64,000 bases of DNA, taken from Bugula neritina (taxonomy: Eukaryota; Animalia; Bryozoa). Under the pieces are notes generated by a model. That model did not search any database. It had not been told where the DNA came from and worked only from the letters and a program-made list of their open reading frames with translations. The translations under genes and the position numbers were made by a program. Of this stretch, positions 11,503 to 25,385 are shown in pieces; within the stretch, counting starts at the first letter, position 1; each line of letters starts with the position of its first letter. The stretch spans positions 3,625,751-3,689,750 of the forward strand of contig OZ037773.1 in NCBI GenBank assembly GCA_964035545.1, in the 5' to 3' direction.

Positions 11503-12341
11503 TCTTGGCACAATGAAAAGTCTTATAAGAAATTTTATTGTTTCTCAGATTAATTTAATCAAGCGCTTTTCATCAGTGGGTGCAGTGGACTTGCTCTTTT
11601 CATGAGACACAGACTCCAAGTGTGGTGATACCCGTGATATTGATACAAATAAGTTCTTACCAATACTCAATGATTACAATTATGTCACATGTTCAACTTG
11701 TAGATCCGTCTGTCCTAGCATATAGTCACATTATGAAACTTTTGATATTGGTGAATTAGTTTTAACAACTTTTAGCTTGAAAAACCTATAGTGCTTAAAG
11801 TACTGTAAATAAGCAATTTGATGATGTATTTTTTTAAGAGCAGGGTGATTTTAGAAAATTGCAAGTTTTTTCTTTTGTGATATCTTCTTAAATCATCTAA
11901 TGATATAAGCGCTATGTACTATATACTGTGATAAAAATAAGGCTGATTTAGTGCTTCCAACTATTTTCTGTTCGAATTTCAGATAAAAATAACTTCTTTA
12001 TCTGCAATGTTTGCAGTCAGTTTGAATTAAACTAGCTCTGATTTTTTATTTTGTTTAGTTCACTTTTAGAGAAAATATGTTAATGTCAAACAGTGCATGA
12101 TGTAACGCAAGGAGTGGGTATCCATAAATCTTCTTTTGAATATAAAATGACTTGTTTTAGTGATGAGTAGAGAAGCTGAACATTTGGGTTGCCAAGTTGT
12201 TCTGTACGTGATTGACAGTTGGCAAGCAGATGTCCAGCGTCTGCTCAGCAGCAGGCAATAAACTTGTTGCAAAGCACTCAGTCACTTCACATTTCGAGGG
12301 AAAGGAAATACTTTGTAATCCCATCTCAAAGTGATGACGGA

Positions 12342-14174
12342 ATGACTGTGTTGGAAGATATAGCAGGGAGCTCCCAACTCCACTGGTCTGACTACATTGT
12401 GTTGATTGCATACTTTGTTATCGTCATCGGAGTGGGAATTTGGGTGAGTATTCTGTTAGCTTAACAGTTACTGCATCCTGTTAAGTCTTCTAATAGAACT
12501 AGAAGTGCAGTTTCTCTCAAACACTCAAGGCTCTGGCCTCCAAGTAATGAGGATATTTAAGAAGCCATTCCAATGAAAGGGTGATTTATTGTGCAAGAGG
12601 TGATTTGTTTATGACTGTGAATCAATAGCCCAGATGCTTTACTTTTCATAAACGTGCAAGATTGTTAGATTGAAATGGTTAGTTTATACTAAAGCTTTGA
12701 AGGTGTGGATGTGTTAGAGAGTTATATAGTACCTGCCTTCCAAATGTTAGTGGAATTTTCAGCACTTCTACTTCTAGCAAATTTTTAAATTTATGTTGAT
12801 CAACAATGAGCTTTGAAACGTTGAATTAATAGAATACTTCCAGATAATATAATTCCTGCCTATTAATAGATCCAATTGGAATACTCCTAACTTTAAAATA
12901 ACCATCTTTTCTGCATTAGTTTTAGTTTATATAGTAACATTGAACAAGCCAAATCGAAATGTGTTCATTTTGATAGATTCATATTAGTTGCAAATTAGTG
13001 GCAATAATTACAACAAAACATTTACTTGCAGTCATCATGTCTGAACAGAGGGTCTGTTGGGGGATATTTTTTGGCTGGGAGAAACATGCACTGGGTGTTG
13101 GTAAGTGTGATAACTGCTACTGCTAGTATAGCTAACATGTTAGCTAACAGCACTGTGGGTTGCTGAGCCTATCATATTTGATAATTGTGGTTAAATGATA
13201 CCTAATACATTTGCTGAGTGTGTCTTTCATAAGTTTCAAGAGCTCGTGATATTGTTGACAGCTCTCACTGCCACTGCCGATACTTTCAATCGACTAATTA
13301 GATAATATTTTGAATGTTTTATTCTGTTTTATAGGAACTGTAAATATAGCAGTGCAAATTTTTTCTTCAATTTTATTTTAAAAATGTTTTGCATTATAAA
13401 CTTTAATTTTGAGAAAAAAGCAGAGGAAGCGGCATATCATGGCTATACTTGACATAATTATGTCATTCGGATGGCTCTCTTGTGATTTACCAGAAGAGAC
13501 ATGCTTCTTTGGTCTTTAGCATCATTTTTTAGTTGGTTCAAGCTTAATTTAAACAAATTTAATTGACCCTTTTATTATTTATGTGTGGTTTTCTTGCATA
13601 TATATTTAACCTTCTAAACATTATACAAAACTTGGTGTAGAAATGTTTTTGGTATACAGAAAATTGTGCATATTTTAAACTTTCATCAGCAGAGAATACT
13701 ATATAAGATGTTATGATAAGGTGACCTGGTTCACAATGAAGACTGAGCAACCACACTTGCTCAAAGTTTTCTCTGACTACACCACCTGACATTTATAAAT
13801 AGCACTATAACAGCATATACTATTAAACAGCAGGTGTTTCTAGGGAAAAGATTGAAATACATCTCTATGTATAGCGTGTGAAGTCAGCTGTCTACACTGT
13901 CACTCTTTCTAGAATCTCAACATTATAAAACAATGAAAACAGCTGCCATCTTTACATATTAAAATTGATGCTGTAATATAACTGATAGACGATTTGAGTC
14001 TTTTTCAGCTCAATTCTACGTATATTATTAAGTTATATTGAATATAATAGCTATATAATGTTATGTAATGTGATATAGTAACTATATTCATATAACACTA
14101 TAAATATAAAATAATTCCCAATGGTATAATTAATGTGTTGTAATATATATATTTTCTGATATAATTTCAAGTGA

Positions 14175-14247
<73 letters not shown>

Positions 14248-17200
14248 TAAATTGTATTACAAGAACATCTATTACGTAATACCAAAACATACTTTGATCA
14301 TTTTAGGTAGGAGCCTCTCTATTTGCTAGTAACATTGGAAGTAGTCATTTCATTGGACTAGCTGGCTCAGGGGCAGCTTCTGGTATTGCCATATCTGTTT
14401 TTGAGATTAGTGTAAGTAACATATTTTTCAAAACCTTTCCTCACCACCTGCAGAAGTTATATAGTTAGGTTTATAATCTAAGGCTAGATGTCATTGTAGC
14501 TAGATCAATGTAGATATAAAAGGTACTCTCCGCCATAACTTTTCATTTAAACTAGTATAAAATATCTTTTATATATAGAAAACAACTTTCATTCACCAAC
14601 AGTATAACTTGCTATACAACTGCTCTTGGTGTCATCCTTTTTACTACAAAAAGAAGTAACTGCACATATTCAGCAATATGTAGGATTCCACTTTACGCGG
14701 TATTGTTTTGCAGGCTGTGTTCTCTCTCCTACTTCTGGGATGGGTGTTTGTACCAGTCTACATAACCTCAGGGGTAAGAGCAAGTAACTTCTAACAACTT
14801 GTAAGACATAATAATATATTACTGCGAGTTGAATTGGGTTGCTGAAGCTTTAGTTGGCTGGCTTTTAAAAAAATGCTTCAAGTTGGCTAAGTGCTGTGAT
14901 AAACCTATGAAACAGCCATGACTTGCTTCCTGTATATGTATGACCCTCCATTTCTAAATCCCAGCCTAAAGTTGCCCTTTAAACCTGTTATATGCACGAG
15001 TTTATGTTATTGGTAGTTGAGTAGGCAGAGTAATTGTTATAATGCCCAAATATTTGTAGAGATCATTGTGCATAGTGTTGCCATGACAACCTAGTCTAAC
15101 ATTATCAATAAAATAAGGTTGTGACTTTGTGTAATGGTCTATGCGATCTGGTAAGTCTTAGTGATCTTATATAAGGGGTCTCAGTGATTGTATTAGTTCT
15201 CCAGTGACTTGGTTAATTTCAAGTACCTGATGAAATCTTACTTGATAACTTGTAAATCTTGAATTTTAGTAACTTATTGAGGATTTACCAAATCAATCCT
15301 TTTATTTTTGAATATTTGACTTAAGGTGACTTTATAAACTTAGCATTTAACAACTATATATAATGTTTTGATTAAGTTTATTAACAACTAAGTAGAATAT
15401 TTGAATCAAGCCAAGTATTTGGTAGGCTTGAATCTTCATTTAATAATAAAATGCATACAATTTTAGCTTCTCGGTTGAGTTAAATCATCCTTATGTTTTA
15501 GAAAATATGCTATTTAATATTGAAAGAAATCAATAAGTTGTGTAACAGATTATTCTGCTACAGGTAACACTTTATCTATGAAAATATACTTTTGTTTTGC
15601 TGCAGGTAATACTTTTGTTCTGCTGCAGGTTTACACGATGCCAGAGTACTTGAAAAAGAGATTTGGTGGTGAGAGAATTCGGGTGTATCTTGCAGTGTTG
15701 GCCGTCATTATATACGTCTTCACTAAGATATCGGTGGGTATGGGTAGCCATATTGTGGTCACATGTTTATAAGCTAGCTTTCATTTCTTCTTATACTGTG
15801 TGATGATTTGTTCAACAAGCTTATAGAAAGTGTACTCATGGGTGCAGGCTGATTACTAATCGTATAAATACGTCTTAAGATCAAAAATAACATTACTTGC
15901 CTACATTCAAAAATTTTGTTGTTGTTTTAAAAGCTTGAAGTTGCTAAATGTTTGGGATTTAACTTTTTTAATATTTAGCATAATTTAATTTAATTATAAA
16001 ATTGTTTTCAGACTGGCTTGAATCTGAAGACTAAAAACTGCTTGTAAAATGATTTTAAATATTTATTATCACATAAATACAAGTTGAGAAAAATCTTTTT
16101 TTAGAGTATAAACAACTAGAAAATTACATGGTAAAGCTGAGTGAATAAGTGAAAATTTTGATGTGCAGATTCTTTATGGAAATTCTTGTCCTTCACACGG
16201 TTGTAGTATAAAGTTTGAAATTCAATTTTATGTTTGTATTTGATAGCAATAGGGTAAAATATCAGTAGTTTAAAAGATGAATACTAGTAGTTCAATAGCT
16301 GCATACGCGTGTAAACTAGATCACAAGTATGTCAAATCAAGAAATTAATTAATAATTAATTAATAAATTTCCCACAAACATATGTCTTAGACGACAAGTT
16401 TTACCAGTTTATAATGTTGTGATGTGTTGTAGGCAGACCTTTATGCGGGCGGAGTCTTCATTAAACAGAGCATTGGATGGGATATCTGGGGTTCGGTGAC
16501 TGCCCTGCTGATATTAGCTACAGTTTTCACCATAGCAGGTAGAAAGATAGATACAACCTTCTCATGTGTTACAGTAGAAACTAAATAATTGTTATTATAA
16601 GTAGTGGGTTTGTGTATATGAGTGTGTGTGAATTACTGTATAGTTATTATATACAGAATATATTTACTATGCTGTATAATATAATATGATATGATATAAT
16701 ATAATATAATATAGCATAATATAATATAATATAATATATAGTACAACATAATATAATATAATATAATATAGCATAATATAATATAATATGATATAATATA
16801 GCATAATATAATATAATATAATACAATATATAATATAATACAACATATATAATATAATGCAACATAATATAATGCAACATAATATAATATAATAGATAAC
16901 TTGCTGTCATTTGTAGGCGGACTTAGTGCTGTTATCTGGACAGACTTTGTGCAAGTTGTCATCATGATAATTGGAGCTCTGATTCTAATGGCCATCAGTG
17001 AGTTAACATGTGCAGTTGGCACTTTGGAGTTGTTTACCTTTAATTATAATATCTCATTGCTAAAAGCTATAATTTTGTACATGCTATACGCTACTAACTT
17101 CATTTAACTTGAAAGTAAATCTAAAGAAGAAGAAATGAGGGATTCAGTTCCTAATGATTATGACAAACAATGTTGTAATTTTGTTACGATTTTTTTGAAA

Positions 17201-20200
17201 ATTTTTGGTAGATAAGCAGAAATAATGTTGGCAATACAAGTTAGAAATCTTATATAGATGCAATTTCTAAAATAATATTATATAAAACAGATATAACGCA
17301 GTTTTGTAAAAATACTTAAAATTTCGACTGACCCACCATGCAGAGTTTTGTGGATGTAATGTGCTAATAATCTCAACCTGTGTCATAGGGTTATTTACTG
17401 TATGTTACACATTAACAGGTTTCACTAAAATTGGGGGCTATGCCGGACTAGAGGAGAAGTTTCTGGGTCCAGAGGCGTGGCCTAATTTCACTAGACAGTA
17501 TGTGGACATGGTAGAGGCGGGGCAGAATGTGTCCGATCATATGGAGACGTATGCCAAGTGTGGTAAGGGCAGATAATAACTTATAGATTAAAATCTAGAG
17601 ATAATGTTTGACTGAATAAAACCAAAACTGTCATTACCATGATTGTCTATTTATGTTCTCATTGATCCTAGAGAAGTGAAATGTCTGAAATTGTCTCCCC
17701 TTTTCAGTGTTCTATAATACCTACACATTCTGTTACAAGCTGTAGTTAATTTAAGACTTCTCCAGTCTCTCTTGGGTATTATTGTAATTTTATATTGATG
17801 AATATATGCAATCAATAGTTGTTTTCCCAAATATTTAACTCAATTGGAGTTTTAGTAATTTGAAAATATAAATATCCTCAATGATGGTTGTTTGTTATTA
17901 ATGGTAATTAACTTGCTATGTCCCTTTTTATAAAGTATACTACTTATACTAGGTTTAACCAAGAAGAATGCGTTTCACTTGATGAGAAGTCCGAGCGACC
18001 CCAGTTTGCCCTGGACTGGAATCACGTTTGGTTTAGCTATAATTAGCATCTGGTACTGGTGCTCTGACCAGGTAACTCTGATGTAATATTCTGGCTTAGT
18101 TATCCAAGTCTTTTGCAGCCTTTTTAAATCATTGGAAATTACTTGATGTGTTGCATTATTTTGGAGGCAAAAAAAATCGCACTTTGAAAGCAGACTTTAT
18201 AGGGGAATAGGAACCAGCTAACATTTGTGATGTGTAAACTTGTCAAAATGAAACCTACTTTTACCCATTGTTGTCAAATATATCCTTGTGGTGCATACAA
18301 CTCCTTAATGTAGATTTAAAAAAAATGTATGATTTATCACTCGATGATACATAACTTGTTGGTCATTGGAAGGTTTTGGTGATACTAACATACTTTATCA
18401 TAGCATCATTTTATACAGCTGTCTCCTACATGTAAGATAGGTTAACACCTGCAATCACTTGTCATGTTGGCTATTATCTTGTCACTTGTCTACTGCCTTT
18501 TGCTTATTATGACAGGTGATTGTTCAGAGAGCACTTGCTGCTAAAAATGTGACTCACGCCAAAGCTGGTACAGTGCTTGCAGGTTTCCTAAAAATATTTC
18601 CCATGTTTATTATGGTCTTTCCTGGAATGATATCAAGGCTTCTGTTTCCAGGTAAAGTTAAGCACTTTGTTAAGCACTATATCTCAGCAAGTATCGAGTG
18701 ATAACTAAAAGTTCTAGTGACTGAAAATTTACTGAGAGGCCTAAAACAATTGTTTTAGTAAAATGCATATATTATAACTAAATACTAACGGATTTTGATA
18801 TTTAGAACTCTAAAAATATGTTACCACCAGAAAAAATATTACAACTTTTTGACAAATGGTCCCACTGCTTGGCCCACTGTTTCACCAGTAAAACTACCAT
18901 AACATATTCCAATTGTAGACCTTGTAGCCTGTGCAGATCCTGACAGTTGCAAGGAGATTTGTGGGAACCCTGCAGGATGTACCAACATAGCCTACCCCCT
19001 GCTGGTAGTGAAACTCATGCCAAATGGAGCTAGAGGTCTGATGCTGGCTGTTATGATGTCTGCATTGATGTCTTCACTAACTTCAATATTCAACAGTAGC
19101 TCTACAATATTTACTATGGACATCTGGAGACGTCTGAGGAAGAACTCATCTGACATGGAGCTCATGATTGTCGGCAGGTGAAGACAACTCTACTCTATCC
19201 TATATAATAAAATCACATCTGATATAATCTAAAACTAGGGGCAAAGTTGCCATATTTTTTGCTTTTAAGTTACAATTTTTTTTATAGTAGAATAATTGCA
19301 GTTTCAACCATATATGTCATTAAAATATTAAATATTTGATAATAAGTTTGGTATTTGCAGTATGCCCATGATGTATTATATAACTCCCTTGTGAGTTATA
19401 TAATGGAGAACTGAATTATGATTAAAAGAGAGCATGCATCAATGAAACACAATTACCATGTTACTTGAACTTGCTGTCACGTTGCTTATAACATGAATGT
19501 TAAGCTACACTATTTTATTTTATTAGTATACTGTGTCCTATTTTCTAACCAGAAAGTTGTAACTGTCAGTGGTTTTACTCACAGTTTCTTAGCAAAATTC
19601 TTACAGTGCTATAGATTGGAGTTCATATATATAGCACTGTAAGAGTTTCCATTCTGAGTAGCAGCTTGAATATATTTCAAGATGTATTATAGTTGATAAT
19701 TGATAAACAAGGAACTTGAAGATTTACTTTACTTTAAAAGCATTCATGTGGTAAATCTGGTATACTGTAAGTACAGGGAAAGTGCACTGTAAGTATCCTG
19801 TGTGTTATTCTTTATATACTACACCGCAAATGTGAAAACGTCATAATTTTTATTTATTTTACTTTTATTGTTTTATGCAATTAATTTCCTTGTAAAGGTG
19901 TTAATCCTGCAATATATTTATTCTTGTAAGGTGTTTATCCTTGTAGGGTGTTTATCTTCATAGGGTGTTTATCCTCGTAACATATTTTTTATCCTCATAA
20001 GGTGATTATTCAATTGCAGGGTGTTTATCCTAGTAGTTGTGGCCATCAGCATTGCATGGATACCAATAATACAGAATATTTCGGAGTTGTTTCACTACAT
20101 ACAAACCATTCAGTCATTTCTTTCCCCACCCATCTGCGCCGTGTACACTCTAGCAATATTGTGGAAGAGAATCACAGAGCCAGTGAGTGTTGTATGTAGA

Positions 20201-22510
20201 TATTTCAGCTCAACTGTAGTGGTGGAAGTATTACTGTAGAAAGTTGTCTTCTCATAATCAAATGGTCAATCGGTAAGAAACAGACTATAACTTGCCATAT
20301 GCTGCAAATCTACAATAAGTAGTAACTAATTTATTCTTTTAACTACTTTACGGCATCCAACTTCGTGATTCAAAATGCATTTTTAATTAGCATTAAGTCG
20401 AAAGAAATACAATAACTGTTGATCATTTAGTCAAAACTGTTGAGTTTTAGATAATTAGAAAATGTTATTTGGTAATACCTCACAGATGATTGATTAAAAC
20501 TATATTCGAAAATTTAAATTCAACTTTATACTTTTATAGCTTATGGTCCTAATGTATAAGCACCCTTTAGCCTGTGAACTTACAATATTGCCGAAACTAT
20601 TTAGGGTGCTTTCTGGGGTTTAACTATTGGATTGGTGATTGGAATGATCAGGTTTATCTGGGAGTTCAGCTATGGACCAGCGCCCCCTTGTGGTGAGGAA
20701 GATACCCGACACCCTCTCATCGCCAACGTCCACTACCTCCATTTTGGAGTTATGCTACTTTTTATAGTTATACTAATAACTGTTACAGTCAGCTTCCTCA
20801 CTAAGCCTATCGACAGAAAGCACGTGAGTTGTCAAATATCACGCCTAGTAAATAATTCATTTTTATATTAAAAGTTAGCGCTGTGCGTGTGTGTGTGTGT
20901 GTATGTGTGTGTGTGTGCGTGTGCGTGTGCGTGTGCGTGTGCGTGTGCGTGTGCGTGTGCGTGTGTGTGTGGTGATAAAATACATAACAACAGTAAATTT
21001 ATATGTTGATAGTTTTCACTATCAGGTGTCTTTTTGTATACATAATTTGCATACATAAAATTGAAAAAATAACATAGGCTATAGTGTGTATGTTGGTTGT
21101 AAAAGTTCGAGCCGTTTTTGATATTATAATCTGAGCAGGATAGGTACAAGTTTTACACACTAGATGTCTACTAAAATGAAAATAAGAATTTAGAAATCAT
21201 TTTCATGTGTTTTTCTATAGCTGAAAAGGTTGACATTTCAATCCCGATTTGAGAAAGGCGAGAGAATAGAGTTTGGTACCGCAGAACCAGACAGAGAAGT
21301 GAACACATTAGAGGAGGCGAGTTCTGTGATCCCCCTTAATGAAGTGACAGGTGAAAGCAAAGCTGAGACTACAGATGCTGAGGCTATAGATGCGGAGGCT
21401 GCAGCAGATGAAGATGTGGCAACAAGAAATGGTGAGGAGCTGAAAATTCAAACTAATTATTTTAACAAAGTTTAATAATTCATGAATTTTTAGTGAAACT
21501 GCATAAATATTAACATTAGAAACTTTCACTTTAATTATATAATTGATTATTGTAATTCTAGTTGTGTATTTATAACATACTTTTTAGCTTATAGGCTCAT
21601 TTTATACTTGGAGGAAACTTCAAATAGATTTTTAAGTTTGTCCATTTACACTGGCACAAAGTTTGTACAGTTTTCTTTAATGGTGAATTTCAAGTTATTT
21701 GTGTCATTATGAATGTTTAATCTGAATCTGATTTTGATAAACACAGATGGAGGAACATAATGCTTGCTTCTAATTTGTGTCATTGTGTTTGTCGCAATAT
21801 TCTAATGGTAAGGAGCTGTCATTCCTAAGACAAGCAATAGGAGCTGCACAAACAACTGACTAACTATACTGTCTTACCATAAAAGCTTCTGCTATAATAT
21901 AGACTGTTAAATCTAATAGTGTTCTGCCATGAATAGCCCAAGAAAGTCAATCAACCAGTTTTCAAATTTAAAACAGCGTAATCTGGCCAATTTACCTGCA
22001 CTATTTTTATGTAAAAAATTATTGCTAATGTAAATGTAACAGACTACAACATAATATAATAACATTGTAGGGGTTAGAGCATTTGGCTAGTAAACATAGA
22101 GTCATGGGTAAAAGCCCTGATAAAGGCCATTGGTGATGTTAGTAAGAGTATCTAGTCATCATTGCTCCTGTGCCTCATGGTCATACAAATAAGTCTCGTT
22201 TCAAAAAACCCTTTCCATCAGAGGTTTCTTACAGGGATGGTGATATGTATAAACAGTTTATCACACCACAACCGTTATATTATGTCATATTTATATACTT
22301 TATTTCACAGCCAGCTTCCCCTGGTATAAGAAAGCTATTTACTGGATTTGTGGAGTAGAGAATATGACATCATCATCTCACGACAGCGACAAACCTGTTG
22401 AGGCAGCGGATATGAGCATAGATGAAGATCCACGCTGGTCCAGATGGACAAAAGTTGGAGCCGTTGTTATCATGTTGATTACAGTGTTTGTGTGGGGCTT
22501 TTATGCTTGA
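12342..22510 (+). CDS. SLC5A: Sodium/glucose (sodium/solute) cotransporter, SLC5 SGLT-like, tandem copy B, about 692 aa
   Basis: 15 exons: 12342-12443, 13032-13100, 14307-14411, 14714-14773, 15629-15733, 16433-16538, 16917-16997, 17419-17562, 17953-18071, 18516-18651, 18919-19177, 20020-20182, 20605-20823, 21221-21431, 22311-22510 (TGA); 2079 nt, frame intact. Exon lengths equal copy A except exon 14. Begins [34 protein letters not shown]. Confidence 0.95.
14184..14244. repeat. (TA)n microsatellite
   Basis: Pure dinucleotide run. Confidence 0.95.
16676..16893. repeat. (ATAAT)n pentanucleotide repeat
   Basis: Long array; a short version sits at the equivalent position in copy A (6116-6153). 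Confidence 0.9.
20882..20970. repeat. (GT)n/(GTGCGT)n microsatellite
   Basis: Direct inspection. Confidence 0.95.
22066..22244 (+). mobile_element. tRNA-derived SINE, 5'-truncated copy
   Basis: Aligns with copies at 28711 and 58728 (GGGGTTAGAGC, CATTGGTGATGTTAG, ATTGCTCCTGTGCC, CCTTTCCATCAG..ACAGGGAT). Confidence 0.8.
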
Positions 22511-24140
22511 ATATCATATAGCCATCTTTTTGTATGCTTCAAATTATATGCACTGCAGTTCCTTCAGTTAAATTTTTGAAAGAATTATATTTCCGTATAC
22601 TTATGTATATATGGTAATAAAAGCTAAAGTTATTGTTGCATTATACATCAGTAAGTCAAATATATATTTTGAGAAAGGTTTTTTTCTGTTCAATTCAGAA
22701 GTTTATGTAATATTCAAAGATTGTACACGACGTCTGGAATTTTGGTTTGGTTATATAAGAAATAGTATTGGCCACTGATTGATGACAGAACTTTACACTA
22801 ACATATACACTGGCCTTGGGGCTTAGTAGAACTTGCTTCAATATTTCAGGCACCAATATTCTTTATTGTGATGTTACTTTTATACTATATAATATTGCTT
22901 TTATTTACTATGGTGTGTGCTACTATTATACTATATAACGTAACGTACAATAATAATAATAATAAAATATAATAAAATGTTGCAGTTGATATAATTGCAA
23001 TATGATGTAGTCATAATATGATAAAAAGTAGTCATAGTATGAAGTAATATAATATTTTATAGTGTAGTCACAATATAGTTCAATATAATATATTATAATA
23101 GAATATAATATAATATACCTAGTATAATATAATGTGATATCATATAATATAATATGATAGATAATAACGCACAAATAACTTTGATATTATAATTAACTTT
23201 AAGCACAAATTTTGAATTATATTATATTTCAACAATCTAATAATGCACAATAGAGTGAACTAGCAATAGAAATTAACTTCTGCTTTAATATCGCAACTCC
23301 TATATTTCATACCTGCTCTAGCATACTTTGTAACTAACCAATACCTGCAGCAGCTCACTTTAACATTTTATCTGTTGCATAACTCCATGACTCTCTCTGC
23401 TCATATATATAATTATATAATTGGTGTATCTCTTTAGAGCTCAGTGCAAGCACCAGGCTGTAAGTGTCATGTGTCAGAATAAGACACCTGTGGCACATGT
23501 GACATTAGTTCACAGAATACCAAACCTTAAAATTTGTTTATTATGTTGCAAAATCCCGAGAGCTAGCTTGTTTTCAGTTTCCACCTTTACCCTATCTAAT
23601 ACTATGTTATCATTTATATTGTGTATTACTGATTTTGTTTATAATATGTTTAAAAATAAGTTACACAGCAGCAGCTTTATGTTCTTCAGCAACTGCAAAT
23701 AATATAGCAACTGTAGATACTATATAAGCAACTGTAGATATTGCAACAAACTGTAGATTCTGTAACAGCTATAAAGTATAAACACTATAGTAACCATAGC
23801 AACTGTAAAACAACTACATATTAATTGCAAACATGCAGTTTGAATTTGTAAACATTCCCATGTTTACAAATATATGATAATAATTATTACTGCATAAATA
23901 AATTTGCGATGGAACCAACTTTGCATGCCATAGTTTAGCTGCATGAAAGGCTGACTTTCCAAGTACATTTAGAATAAGTCAATCAGGAATTTAACTAGAG
24001 TCTGCACAAAGTGACATGTGGCATGGCAGGCAGGTATACTTCAAAACTGAAACAAGTGATTGAAGCAATTCAGCTTACATTATACTTTAGTTATGATTCT
24101 GTTCTATATATTATAAGCATCATACTATACAATTTTTGCT

Positions 24141-24238
24141 TAGGGTGCGGGTTAAAATTTTTGCTAGAACATAACTTCTTTTGCTACATATCTAATCTAG
24201 AACACAGGCTTTTTTCAATTTTACCATTACTGCACCTA
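24141..24238. mobile_element. About 160-bp MITE family, right-half copy
   Basis: AGAACATAACTTCTTTTGCTACA..TAGAACACAGGCTTTT..CATTACTGCACCTA shared with the other two copies. Confidence 0.75.
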
Positions 24239-25385
24239 CATTGTACAATTTATATAATATATGTGATATACATGTGACATATACCTACTAAGAAATTGTA
24301 TGAAGTCATGTAGGCTTGTAAATAAACTATAGGTTTATATAGATTACAGAAGTTTCCAAAACAAAAGATGAACAAATGATGGAATTAAAGTCCTTCTAAG
24401 TTGCTTTGATTTTGATTTATTTTGCCAACAATGAGGTTTGATAGTATTACTGCATATTTTAGTATAAAATAGTGTGCAACATCAAGTATAGTGAAGTATA
24501 GTGTAAATGTAATTGGTAGAAACCAAATCTTATTTCACGTGGCAGGACATTTATATAACATATCACTCAAAATGCATAATCTCGTGTGCAGCATTTATTT
24601 AGATTTAAAAACCATGCAGTTTTTTACTGATTAAGTTCAAGCTATTGAGTTAAAAAAGTGAACTATTGAAATTTGGTTTTGCGACCTGAGGGTTTTGGCC
24701 TTAACTCAAAAAGCTAGCTTCTAAAGAAAAGGTTTGTCAGCAATTTACCTGCAACTTTTCCTAAGAGACTGAAAGAGCTGAAAAGTGATGAGTCACCCTC
24801 TGATACAGACAGTTACTCGCCAACATACTAACAGTGTGTTATGTTGACATGCGTAAGACAAAACGTAGTGTTTTACTAAGCTCTGGTAACCATAGTAACC
24901 AACTGCGCAAAATCTGCAACTATCACCTAATAGAATGAGATTACAAGCATGATTACAGAAGTGGATGCAGATAAATAAAAGGGGTGAAATAAGAAATACA
25001 TAATATGTTTGCAAAAACTGTTTTTTTGTTTTATTTTGATTTTTTTTTAGTTCATTTATTTTATATTATAGTTTGCTAAATCATATAAGTTGTCTAAAAC
25101 TTATCACCCATTAGAAGGTGTGAAGCTTAACTTTAAATATTCATGGGAACTTGCTTCCACCCCTTAATAGTTTTACAACATCATAGATACAAGATTATCT
25201 ATTTTGTAAATTGTAAGATTTAGGTATAATAAGATGGATAATCTTTCATTAGACTAAAGGCAGCTTAAACGCTCAGGTATAGATTTCTCATCTAAGGTGC
25301 ACTTGCATTGTAAAGCTGGGCTTACTTTCATGAAGTGCTGTATTGTAGCTTTAGATATTTACTCGGCAAGAATAAAAGTTAAGGC

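Noticed and set aside
12219-12341. N-terminal extension of SLC5 copy B from a TTG start
   Set aside because: No in-frame ATG before 12342 and no family similarity; treated as 5' UTR.
15601-15628. Recursive splice site CAG|GTAAT
   Set aside because: Only 23 nt would remain to the real acceptor, too short for a second splicing step.
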